Shown here: one piece after another, positions 17,827 to 25,159 of the stretch | How the letters are laid out: every line of letters begins with the position of its first letter | Numbering within the stretch: position 1 is the first letter of the stretch | Origin: Solirubrobacterales bacterium | GTDB lineage: Bacteria > Actinomycetota > Thermoleophilia > Solirubrobacterales > JACPNS01 | NCBI GenBank assembly: GCA_016185345.1 | Contig: JACPNS010000013.1 | Coordinates: forward strand, 10,432 to 74,431 | Length of the DNA stretch: 64,000 nucleotides | Direction: 5' to 3' | The notes under the pieces: model-generated | Told to the model about the DNA's origin: nothing | Databases searched by the model: none | The model's input: the letters and a program-made list of their open reading frames with translations, nothing else | Translations under genes and position numbers: made by a program

Positions 17827-18528
17827 ATGGACGCACGCGAAAAGGAGCAATACCTCCGCGAATACAGCGCCCTGAAGGCCAAGGGCAAGCCGTTCTTCCC
17901 GTACGCAGTCGGCAAGGACAGCCTGATGGCCGTGATCGTGCTGATCGTGATCATCTTCATGTCCCTGATCCTTGGCGCCGAGATCGGCCCCAAGGCAGAT
18001 CCGACGACCACCTCGTACGTCCCGCGCCCCGAGTGGTACTTCTTCTTCCTCTTCGAGCTGCTGCGTGTGATCAAGCCGCCGGAGCTCGTATTCGTAGCCA
18101 CGCTCGGGATTCCGAACATCGCGATCGGCCTGCTTGTCCTTCTCCCGTTCTACGACCGTAGCCCGGAGCGTCGCCCGGAGCGTCGCCCGATCGCCATGAC
18201 CTGCATGGCCCTCACGATCGTCGCCATGACCTACCTCACCCTGCTCGGTGCCTTCGCCGGCTCGCCCATCCGGATCGACATGAAAGTGCCGCCGCAGTAC
18301 ACGTACGGCAAGCAGGTCGCCGCCAACGCCGGTTGCATCGGTTGCCACAAGATCGGCGAGAACGGCAACGATGGTCCGGGGCCCAACCTGACGAAGATCG
18401 GTTCGCGACTGCCCAAGCAGGCAATCGAGCGTACGTTGAACAACCCGACTGCCCCGATGCCGAGTTTCAAGGATATGCCGGTCGAGCAGAAGGCTGCGCT
18501 CGTTGATTTCCTCGGGCAGCTGCGCTAA
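17827..18528 (+). CDS. qcrC: cytochrome b subunit-IV-like domain fused to a mono-heme cytochrome c
   Basis: PEWYFFFLFELLR (PEWY motif), three TM segments, then a C-terminal CIGCHKIG (CxxCH) with MPSF as candidate Met ligand. Confidence 0.75.
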   Translation: MDAREKEQYLREYSALKAKGKPFFPYAVGKDSLMAVIVLIVIIFMSLILGAEIGPKADPTTTSYVPRPEWYFFFLFELLRVIKPPELVFVATLGIPNIAIGLLVLLPFYDRSPERRPERRPIAMTCMALTIVAMTYLTLLGAFAGSPIRIDMKVPPQYTYGKQVAANAGCIGCHKIGENGNDGPGPNLTKIGSRLPKQAIERTLNNPTAPMPSFKDMPVEQKAALVDFLGQLR

Positions 18529-18556
18529 ATAGCGCTTGTCCTCTAGTCTCAACTCC

Positions 18557-19303
18557 ATGAGCGACCAAGCAGCTGCCGGCCCTGCCGCGCAGAAAGGCAC
18601 ACTGCCAGAACAGCAGGTGCAAGCGATGTTTGACCGCATCGCCAAGCGCTACGACCTGATGAACACCGTGATGACCGCTGGCCTTCACGACGAGTGGCGC
18701 CGCCGCGCCGTTCAGGTCGCCAATGTCAAGCCCGGGGATCACGTCCTTGACGTCGCCACGGGAACCGGCGACCTCGCCTTCGAGCTGTCCAAGGCTGTAG
18801 CTCCCGGCGGCAGCGTGACCGGTGCAGACTTCTCCGAGGAGATGCTCGTCGTTGCGCGCGAGAAGCAGCCGGCAGCACTTTCCGGACTCGACGCAGAGGT
18901 CGTGTTCGACCAGGGCAACGCGCTCGATCTCAAGTACGACGACGACACCTTCGACGCCGTGACCGTTGGCTTCGGCGTTCGCAACTTCTCTGACCTCTCT
19001 GCTGGCCTCACCGAGATGGCGCGTGTCGTGCGCCCCGGTGGCAAGTTCGTGATCCTCGAGATCTCGCAGCCGCAGAAGGGTCCGCTCAGCTACTTCTACA
19101 AGGCTTGGTTCGACGGACTCGTGCCGTTCATCGGCAAGTTCGCCGGCGAAGACTCCGCCTACACGTATCTGCCGAACTCGGTGAAGCGTTTCGCCAAGCC
19201 CGAGCAGCTCGCCGCTGTACTGCATGAAGCAGGCACCGAGCAGGTCGGCTGGATAAGCCTGGCCGGCGGCATCATCACGATTCACCACGGCGTCGTCGTC
19301 TAA
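18557..19303 (+). CDS. menG: demethylmenaquinone / ubiquinone-menaquinone C-methyltransferase
   Basis: MFDRIAKRYDLMN, the SAM motif VLDVATGTGDLA, and GFGVRNF. A TTG alternative start is at 18536. Confidence 0.85.
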   Translation: MSDQAAAGPAAQKGTLPEQQVQAMFDRIAKRYDLMNTVMTAGLHDEWRRRAVQVANVKPGDHVLDVATGTGDLAFELSKAVAPGGSVTGADFSEEMLVVAREKQPAALSGLDAEVVFDQGNALDLKYDDDTFDAVTVGFGVRNFSDLSAGLTEMARVVRPGGKFVILEISQPQKGPLSYFYKAWFDGLVPFIGKFAGEDSAYTYLPNSVKRFAKPEQLAAVLHEAGTEQVGWISLAGGIITIHHGVVV

Positions 19304-19313
19304 GGCGGCCTCC

Positions 19314-20306
19314 GTGAGTGGCGACACGCGCGCTTTCCAGGCCCTCGCCGCAACCGTCGGCGAGAGCATCACTTCGCGCCTGGTCGATGTCGAGCAACGC
19401 CTGACCGAGATCGTTGAGGCTCGCGACCCGGGCGCGACGGCGCCCGCGCTGGTCACATTGCGAGCCGGCGGCAAACGCCTGCGCCCGTTGCTGGTTCTCA
19501 CCTGCGGAGCGATCGACGACGCATCACCCGAAGAAGCCTCGGCACTGATCAGCGCCGGCGCTGCAGTCGAGCTTGTTCACATGGCAACGCTCGTTCACGA
19601 CGACGTTCTTGATGACGCCGAACTTCGCCGAGGCAAGCCCACGGTCTATGCCGAGAACGGCCGCGAAGCAGCCACGCAGACCGGCGACATGCTCTTCGCG
19701 CTGGCCTTCATGGAGCTGACCGAGAGCGGCGACGAGGCGCAGGTCCGCGCGCTGTCGGATGCTTCGTCGGGACTCGCCCAGGGCGAATTGCTCCAGCGCG
19801 AAGACGCCTGGGACGCCACGGTCACGCGCGAGCGCTATCTGCGTCGTTGCACACTCAAAACGGCCCGGCTGTTCGAAGCCGCGGCACAGCTTGGTGCTCA
19901 CGCGGGCGGCCGTCCCGAGCTTGCAGCTCAGTTCGGCTCGTTCGGATCGAAGGTCGGCATCGCCTTCCAGCTCGCCGACGACGTGCTTGATGTGGTCGCG
20001 CCCACTGAAGTCACCGGCAAGACGCGCGGCGCTGACTTGCTCGACGGCACCGTCAACCTTCCACTCATCGTCGCTGCAGAACGCGACCCCGCGCTCGCAG
20101 ACATCGACCTCCGAGCGATCCACACACCCGAGCAGGCCGGAAGCGTCTGCGACCGCATCGCCGCCACCGGAGCGCCGGATGATGTCCTCACCGAGGCACG
20201 CCAGCTGGTCGCAGAGGCGAAGGAGATGTTCGGCCCGGAGATCTCGCGCACCGAGCGACAGGTTCTGTCTTCGATCGCCGATCAGGCCGTCGGCCGAAAC
20301 AACTAG
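19314..20306 (+). CDS. polyprenyl diphosphate synthase (HepT-like, long-chain trans-IPPS)
   Basis: GKRLRP, the first Asp-rich motif LVHDDVLDD and the second FQLADDVLD. Confidence 0.85.
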   Translation: MSGDTRAFQALAATVGESITSRLVDVEQRLTEIVEARDPGATAPALVTLRAGGKRLRPLLVLTCGAIDDASPEEASALISAGAAVELVHMATLVHDDVLDDAELRRGKPTVYAENGREAATQTGDMLFALAFMELTESGDEAQVRALSDASSGLAQGELLQREDAWDATVTRERYLRRCTLKTARLFEAAAQLGAHAGGRPELAAQFGSFGSKVGIAFQLADDVLDVVAPTEVTGKTRGADLLDGTVNLPLIVAAERDPALADIDLRAIHTPEQAGSVCDRIAATGAPDDVLTEARQLVAEAKEMFGPEISRTERQVLSSIADQAVGRNN

Positions 20307-20319
20307 GGAAGGGACCGTT

Positions 20320-20835
20320 TTGGACGGCTTCCGGGCTTACAGGACTCGGGTACTGCAGATCGGACTCGGCATCTCGGTGTTGGTCGCGACACTTCTTCCA
20401 TGGACCGGCTTGCGCGCGCAATCATCGGACCAGGCTACGTACAAGCTCGTGACGTGGGGTTCTGGATGGGGTGACCGCAACGCATTCGAGATCAGCTCAC
20501 TGTGCGCGATCGCCGTTGCCGGAGTTTCAGCTCTCCTCGTTGCGCGAGCCGCAGTGGCGCTTCACCAAAGTTCGAAGTCAGAACGGGAGATCGGTTTCAG
20601 AATGGACATCGGATTGGCAGCAATACTCGTGGTCCTGGTCCTGCTTCTGATCGTCCCGTTGTCGCCGGATCTGCCCGAAGGGATCGCAGACTTCGGTGTT
20701 GAGGATGTCGAAGTCGTCTGGCAACCGCTCTTCGGTGCATGGCTTGCACTGGCATCGACGATCGCCCTTGTTCTACTTGAGATCGCGCGGGCGATTCGGG
20801 CAAGAAAAAGGGCCACTCTCTCGAGCGGCCCTTGA
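20320..20835 (+). CDS. small multi-pass membrane protein (hypothetical)
   Basis: This is the C-terminal part of track ORF 19759-20835. A TTG at 20320 is preceded by GGGAAGGGA. There are four hydrophobic segments and the protein ends ARKRATLSSGP. The start is uncertain. Confidence 0.45.
   Translation: MDGFRAYRTRVLQIGLGISVLVATLLPWTGLRAQSSDQATYKLVTWGSGWGDRNAFEISSLCAIAVAGVSALLVARAAVALHQSSKSEREIGFRMDIGLAAILVVLVLLLIVPLSPDLPEGIADFGVEDVEVVWQPLFGAWLALASTIALVLLEIARAIRARKRATLSSGP
20810..20831. terminator. GC-rich hairpin between convergent genes (possible bidirectional terminator)
   Basis: gggccactctctcgagcggccc forms an 8-bp stem with one mismatch. It overlaps the last codons of the plus-strand gene and has no clean U-tract. 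Confidence 0.3.
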
Positions 20836-20877
20836 TCAATTCGTATTTCCCGGGGGGGTGGGTCCTACGAAGTCTTC

Positions 20878-20961
20878 CTAAAAGTCCTCAGGCAGAATGA
20901 GTCCGCCGCCGAGGGCTCCAACGAAACTGTTGATTTCTGTCGCCATGTTGGCGTAAGTCAG
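20878..20961 (-). pseudogene. displaced 3' fragment of the zinc-ribbon gene (27 codons plus stop)
   Basis: The minus strand reads LTYANMATEINSFVGALGGGLILPEDF*. The intact gene ends LTYANMATEINSFVGALDGGHILPEDF*. There is no upstream coding continuation. Confidence 0.7.
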
Positions 20962-20977
20962 GAAGTCAAAACCAATC

Positions 20978-21289
20978 GTGGAATCGTCGACCACACTCAC
21001 GTGCAAGGGGTTCGCCGAGAACGCGCGAGTCGACCTGACCGTCACGATTCAGTACCGTCCCGACAAAAGTCAGGCGTGGCGAAAGGTCTCAGTGAACCTT
21101 GGGATCGGTTACATCAAGGACGGCAAACTGAGAATGACTGTTTCTGCGAGCATGTTTTGCAAGAAAGGAACCAACGAATATCAGGCTGTGGCCGCCGCGC
21201 GTGTCCATAAGAGCAGGGCCAGCGGGGGGATCGGAATTCCAATCTCTGAGGGTCCGTGGAGCACGTTGAAATGTCCCAACGGGGTCTGA
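20978..21289 (+). CDS. orphan 103-aa hypothetical protein (possibly 5'-truncated)
   Basis: The GTG start lies 17 nt after the repeat boundary, with an in-frame stop at 20954. GC is lower. There is no signal peptide; the protein has 3 Cys and a beta-rich-looking sequence. Confidence 0.35.
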   Translation: MESSTTLTCKGFAENARVDLTVTIQYRPDKSQAWRKVSVNLGIGYIKDGKLRMTVSASMFCKKGTNEYQAVAAARVHKSRASGGIGIPISEGPWSTLKCPNGV

Positions 21290-21292
21290 TCA

Positions 21293-21839
21293 ATGCATCG
21301 CGACGGCAGTAGTAGGACTAAGGCTTTTTCGTGCTTGGCACCCACCAATCTCGTTGCCGTTGGCATCATCGTGGCGACATTTTTCCCGTGGTTCGGTCCA
21401 AAGCTTTCCGGCGTACCTCGCGGTGAGGGTTTCATTGTCGCCATTCCAACTGCGGCGGGCGAAATGACGGCTTGGGAGGCCTCGACGGGATGGACCACGG
21501 GCGTGATCCTCATGTCTATCGTGACGATAACTCTGGGGTGCCTGTCAAAAACGAATCGAGCAGGACGTGCCACTATGTTCAGCCTGGCTGTAATCGCCGT
21601 TGGGGTCTCGCAAGCGATTACGATCCTACTTTTCGATCGCGTAGGATTCTCCCCCCCCGTTTCCTGCCGAGTCGGAAATCGTGGAGGGGCGTAGGGTGAC
21701 GCTTGAGTTTGGACTCCTCGGCGCGGGCCAAGCCGCTTTCATTCTTTCATTGGTCGTTGTGGCCCTCGGCGCTTTCACAATTTTTTCGGCGCGTCGTCGA
21801 CGAACACGAATCGCAACGGCCAACTCCTTGGACACTTGA
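21293..21839 (+). pseudogene. membrane-protein paralog interrupted by a frameshift at a C8 tract
   Basis: ORF 21293-21694 (133 aa) plus GTG ORF 21696-21839 (47 aa). Removing one C from the run 21651-21658 fuses them into ...SPPFPAESEIVEGRRVTLEFGLLGAG...ARRRR. That parallels ...SPDLPEGIADFGVEDVEVVWQPLFGAW...ARKR of gene 20320-20835. Confidence 0.5.
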
Positions 21840-21919
21840 ATCAGCGGTGGGGCATCTGACTCGCGCCTGACTCGCCTCCCGTCGCAAGGGCGGCCACCAA
21901 TCTAAACGTGTCGCGCCAC

Positions 21920-22080
21920 GAAAAAGGACCGCTCTCGCGAGCGGCCCTTGATCAATTCGTATTTCCCGGGGGGGGGGTGGGTCCTACGAAGTTTTCCTAA
22001 AAGTCCTCAGGCAGAATGTGTCCGCCATCGAGGGCTCCAACGAAACTGTTGATCTCCGTCGCCATGTTGGCGTAAGTCAG
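21920..22080. repeat. direct repeat copy 2 (161 bp)
   Basis: Partner of 20804-20961. It contains a remnant ...PRKRTALASGP* plus-strand gene end, the hairpin, a G10 run, and the functional 3' end of gene 21997-22419. Confidence 0.85.
21926..21947. terminator. GC-rich hairpin (copy 2)
   Basis: ggaccgctctcgcgagcggccc forms a 9-bp stem with one mismatch. Confidence 0.3.
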
Positions 22081-22419
22081 ATTGCGCAGGTCGCGCACCA
22101 GAGAGTCGGTGCCGCGGTCGAGCAGGCAGTCAAACTTCTCGATCAGTTCTTCGTCCATCACACCCGGCGAGACTTCCTCGCAGTTGGGGCAACGGAGGGT
22201 GACGCGCCACAGTGTGCCTTCGGCCTGTTCCCAGTCGATCGGGTAGACCATGTCGCAGTCGCAATGGACGCAGTTGGCAACTTCATCGATACGGCTGGCG
22301 ACGTTGTCCTCGGTGCGCCGAGTGCGCTGCTCGCGCTTGCTGATCTTGTTGTTGTAAGGGTTCACTTTGAGTCTGCTCTTTGTGGGAGTGCCTTGCGGCT
22401 TCGCACACGTATCGGCCAT
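21997..22419 (-). CDS. zinc-ribbon protein (hypothetical)
   Basis: CVHCDC ... CPNC four-Cys pattern and a basic N-terminus. The ATG at 22419 is preferred; a TTG alternative is at 22461. Confidence 0.55.
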   Translation of the reverse strand: MADTCAKPQGTPTKSRLKVNPYNNKISKREQRTRRTEDNVASRIDEVANCVHCDCDMVYPIDWEQAEGTLWRVTLRCPNCEEVSPGVMDEELIEKFDCLLDRGTDSLVRDLRNLTYANMATEINSFVGALDGGHILPEDF

Positions 22420-22499
22420 GCCGCTCAAGGGCTTTAGACCGGTTTTTCGCTTATCGTCCAAGTGCTTAGTACCGAGGCGCCGAATAGACTGCTCTGCTC

Positions 22500-23066
22500 A
22501 TGGTCCTCTCCGACGGAACAATTCGCGCCGAGATCGAGGCAGGCCGCATTGCCATTGATCCATACGAGCCCGGCAACATTCAGCCCGCGAGCATTGACGT
22601 GCGCTGCGACGCGAAATTTCGCGTGTTCCACAACGGCCGCCATCCTTACATCGACGTGCGTAAACCGATGGACGATCTGACCGAGTTGGTCGAGGTCGAT
22701 GGCGACGAACCATTCATCCTTCACCCCGGTGAGTTCGTTCTCGGCCAGACGCTCGAGCGCGTCTCGATCCCGAACGATCTCGTCGCGCGCCTGGAGGGCA
22801 AGAGCTCACTCGGCCGCCTCGGTCTGCTGATCCACTCGACGGCGGGATTCATCGACAGCGGTTTCACGGGCAACATCACGCTTGAGCTTTCCAACGTGGC
22901 CAATCTGCCGATCACGATCTACCAAGGAATGCCGATCGGACAGATCTCCTTCATGCGCCTCGATCGGCCGGTCGAGGCGCCCTACGGCTCCGGCCAGCTG
23001 ACCAGTAAATACCAGGGTCAGTCAGAGCCGACTCCCAGCAGCTACCACTTGAACTTCTCCAAGTAA
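22500..23066 (+). CDS. dcd: dCTP deaminase
   Basis: 188 aa. Motifs: [33 protein letters not shown]. Confidence 0.9.
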   Translation: MVLSDGTIRAEIEAGRIAIDPYEPGNIQPASIDVRCDAKFRVFHNGRHPYIDVRKPMDDLTELVEVDGDEPFILHPGEFVLGQTLERVSIPNDLVARLEGKSSLGRLGLLIHSTAGFIDSGFTGNITLELSNVANLPITIYQGMPIGQISFMRLDRPVEAPYGSGQLTSKYQGQSEPTPSSYHLNFSK

Positions 23067-23091
23067 CCGACCAAACGCGTAGTCTCAAGCC

Positions 23092-23352
23092 ATGCCAGGA
23101 AACATCGGACTTCCAGAGATTGCGATTGTTCTCGTAATCGTTCTGATCATTTTCGGACCAAAGCGCCTGCCAGAACTTGGCCAGTCACTCGGCCGCGGTA
23201 TTCGTGAGTTCAAAGGCTCGCTTGGCGGCGACCACGACGACAAGCCGATCGTGACCGAGATAAACGAGGGCGAGGCCACAAAGGTCGAGACCACGGTTAC
23301 GGCCACCCCGGTCGAGCCCGAGAAGCCCCGGGAAAACTCCGCCGGCTCTTAG
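23092..23352 (+). CDS. tatA: twin-arginine translocase subunit TatA/E
   Basis: [35 protein letters not shown]. Confidence 0.85.
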   Translation: MPGNIGLPEIAIVLVIVLIIFGPKRLPELGQSLGRGIREFKGSLGGDHDDKPIVTEINEGEATKVETTVTATPVEPEKPRENSAGS

Positions 23353-23375
23353 CTGCCCGCAGCCCAGCTGACATC

Positions 23376-24161
23376 ATGGGCAAGATCAAACCGATCGCGC
23401 ACGAAGACGAGCTGAGTCTCGTCGAACATCTCGATGAGCTGCGCACGCGGCTGATCGTCACGCTCGGCGTGTTTGGCGTGGTGCTTGCTGTCAGCTTCTG
23501 GCAGAACGCCAGGGTGCTCGAGTTCGTGAACAAGCCGCTGCCGCCCGACATCGTGCCCGCGACCTTCGCGGTCTCCGAGGCTTTCATGTCCACCTTGACC
23601 GTGACCGGGTACGCGGCACTGATCATCATCAGTCCGTTGATCGTCTACCAGTTGTACGCGTTCGTGGTTCCCGCCTTCAGCGAGGACGAGCAGCGCGTCG
23701 CGCGCCCGCTGGTGCTGATGACGCCGCTCCTGTTCATCGCGGGCTGCGCATTCGGTTACTACTTCGTGCTGCCAACGGCCGTGACGTTCCTGTTGAACTT
23801 CAATGACGACCAGTTCAACATCCTGTTGCGCGCGAGCGACTACTACAGCTTCTTCGGCATGACTGTGCTTGCCATGGGCGCGCTTTTCGAACTGCCGCTG
23901 GCGATTCTGATTGCGGCGCGCATGGGCATCGTCACGTCGGATCAGTTGCGCTCGAATCGGCGTTATGCGGTTCTCGCGGTCGCCGTTCTGGCGATGCTGC
24001 TGCCAGGCGTGGACCCGGTCTCGATGTTGATTGAGATGGTGCCGCTGCTCCTTCTCTTCGAACTTTCGATCTGGTTGACGGTCTGGTTCGCCAAACCGGT
24101 GTCAGATGAAGATGCGGTTGCAGCGCAGAAATCTCGCGAACCAGACGCTGCAATGCGGTAG
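23376..24161 (+). CDS. tatC: twin-arginine translocase subunit TatC
   Basis: LVEHLDELRTRLI, six TM segments, and the typical TatC length. Confidence 0.9.
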   Translation: MGKIKPIAHEDELSLVEHLDELRTRLIVTLGVFGVVLAVSFWQNARVLEFVNKPLPPDIVPATFAVSEAFMSTLTVTGYAALIIISPLIVYQLYAFVVPAFSEDEQRVARPLVLMTPLLFIAGCAFGYYFVLPTAVTFLLNFNDDQFNILLRASDYYSFFGMTVLAMGALFELPLAILIAARMGIVTSDQLRSNRRYAVLAVAVLAMLLPGVDPVSMLIEMVPLLLLFELSIWLTVWFAKPVSDEDAVAAQKSREPDAAMR

Positions 24162-24176
24162 CTTCCCCACCGGGAA

Positions 24177-24944
24177 ATGCTGTTCGACCTACAGGGACCT
24201 CGCAAGACCGCCGTCAAGGTGATCTATCTGGGACTGGCCATTTTGATGGCCGGTGGTCTCGTGCTGTTCGGCATCGGCAGCAACGTCAACGGCGGGCTCG
24301 CCAATGTGTTCGGCGGAGGCAACGCCAGCACGTCGGCCGCCAAAGACAACATCGAGAAATACTCCAAGCAACTGACGGCGAATCCTAAGAATGAAAAGGC
24401 TCTCCAAAGCCTTATTGCCGCACGCTACTCGCTGGCAGGTGATCCCACCAATTACAATCAGGAATCCGGTGAGTTCACGGCCGAGGGCAAAGCGCAGCTC
24501 AACCTGCTCAAGGATGACTGGAAGGACTACCTCAAGCTGACCGACAACAAGCCCAATCTCGCGACTGCGAATTTTGCCGTCAGCGGATTCCTCGGACTCC
24601 AGGATGCCAAGGGCGCCACGCAGGCACAGCAGATCATCACCGAGAAACAGCCCAACGCGGCCAATTATCTGGCGTTGATGCTCTACGCCTCATACGCCGG
24701 CGATACTCTTGTGGCCTCGGGCGCCGAGGTGAGGGCAAAAGATCTCGCATCCAAGGACGAGCAGAAGGCCGTCGCGCAGCAGATCAAGGACATCAAGAAG
24801 CAGGTCGGCGATCGCAACGCGGGGATCCAGAAGCAGATTCAGGAGCAGTTTGCCGCGCAGTCGCAGGGTGCCGCTGGTGGCGGCACTCCCGCCAATCCGT
24901 TTGGCGGAATCGGCGGCGCTGGCGCTGCTCCCGCTGGCCAATAG
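24177..24944 (+). CDS. membrane-anchored hypothetical protein (helical, Gly/Ala-rich tail)
   Basis: One N-terminal TM segment (VIYLGLAILMAGGLVLFGI), then a helical Lys/Gln-rich region. Confidence 0.5.
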   Translation: MLFDLQGPRKTAVKVIYLGLAILMAGGLVLFGIGSNVNGGLANVFGGGNASTSAAKDNIEKYSKQLTANPKNEKALQSLIAARYSLAGDPTNYNQESGEFTAEGKAQLNLLKDDWKDYLKLTDNKPNLATANFAVSGFLGLQDAKGATQAQQIITEKQPNAANYLALMLYASYAGDTLVASGAEVRAKDLASKDEQKAVAQQIKDIKKQVGDRNAGIQKQIQEQFAAQSQGAAGGGTPANPFGGIGGAGAAPAGQ

Positions 24945-24971
24945 TTTTACTTCAGTACCCTTTCTTTTTCT

Positions 24972-25044
<73 letters not shown>

Positions 25045-25159
25045 TTTCGCGTGTTGGCTGACGGTCTGAGCGGCGTCGTTCGGCGGCTCACGGCCGATTG
25101 GCCGCTTCGCCACCTGCCTCCTTGTCAGACCGCCACCCAACCCGCGAAATGAAGCGAAG

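Larger units (their letters stand above)
20804..20961. repeat. direct repeat copy 1 (158 bp)
   Basis: By manual alignment to 21920-22080 there are 9 substitutions plus a G-run difference (G7 versus G10). It covers the last about 10 codons of the membrane-protein gene, a hairpin, and 27 codons plus stop of a minus-strand gene 3' end. Confidence 0.85.

Noticed and set aside
18160-18190. Tandem 12-nt duplication (PERRPERRP) in qcrC
   Set aside because: It is a short in-frame duplication in a loop region. It has no further structure and is not interesting enough to list as a finding.
17334-19501. Long minus-strand ORFs 17334-18119, 17656-18645 and 18467-19501
   Set aside because: They are antisense to qcrB, qcrC and menG, and have no motifs. 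These are shadow ORFs.
19759-20319. N-terminal 187 codons of track ORF 19759-20835
   Set aside because: This part overlaps the polyprenyl synthase in another frame and is Ser/Arg/Pro-rich. Only the hydrophobic C-terminal part after the hepT-like stop looks like a real gene.
22500-23066. dCTP deaminase as a possible anti-phage nucleotide-depletion gene
   Set aside because: It is the size (188 aa) and sequence type of the housekeeping trimeric Dcd. It has no fused kinase or extra domain, host-like GC, and sits in a core neighbourhood (tatAC).
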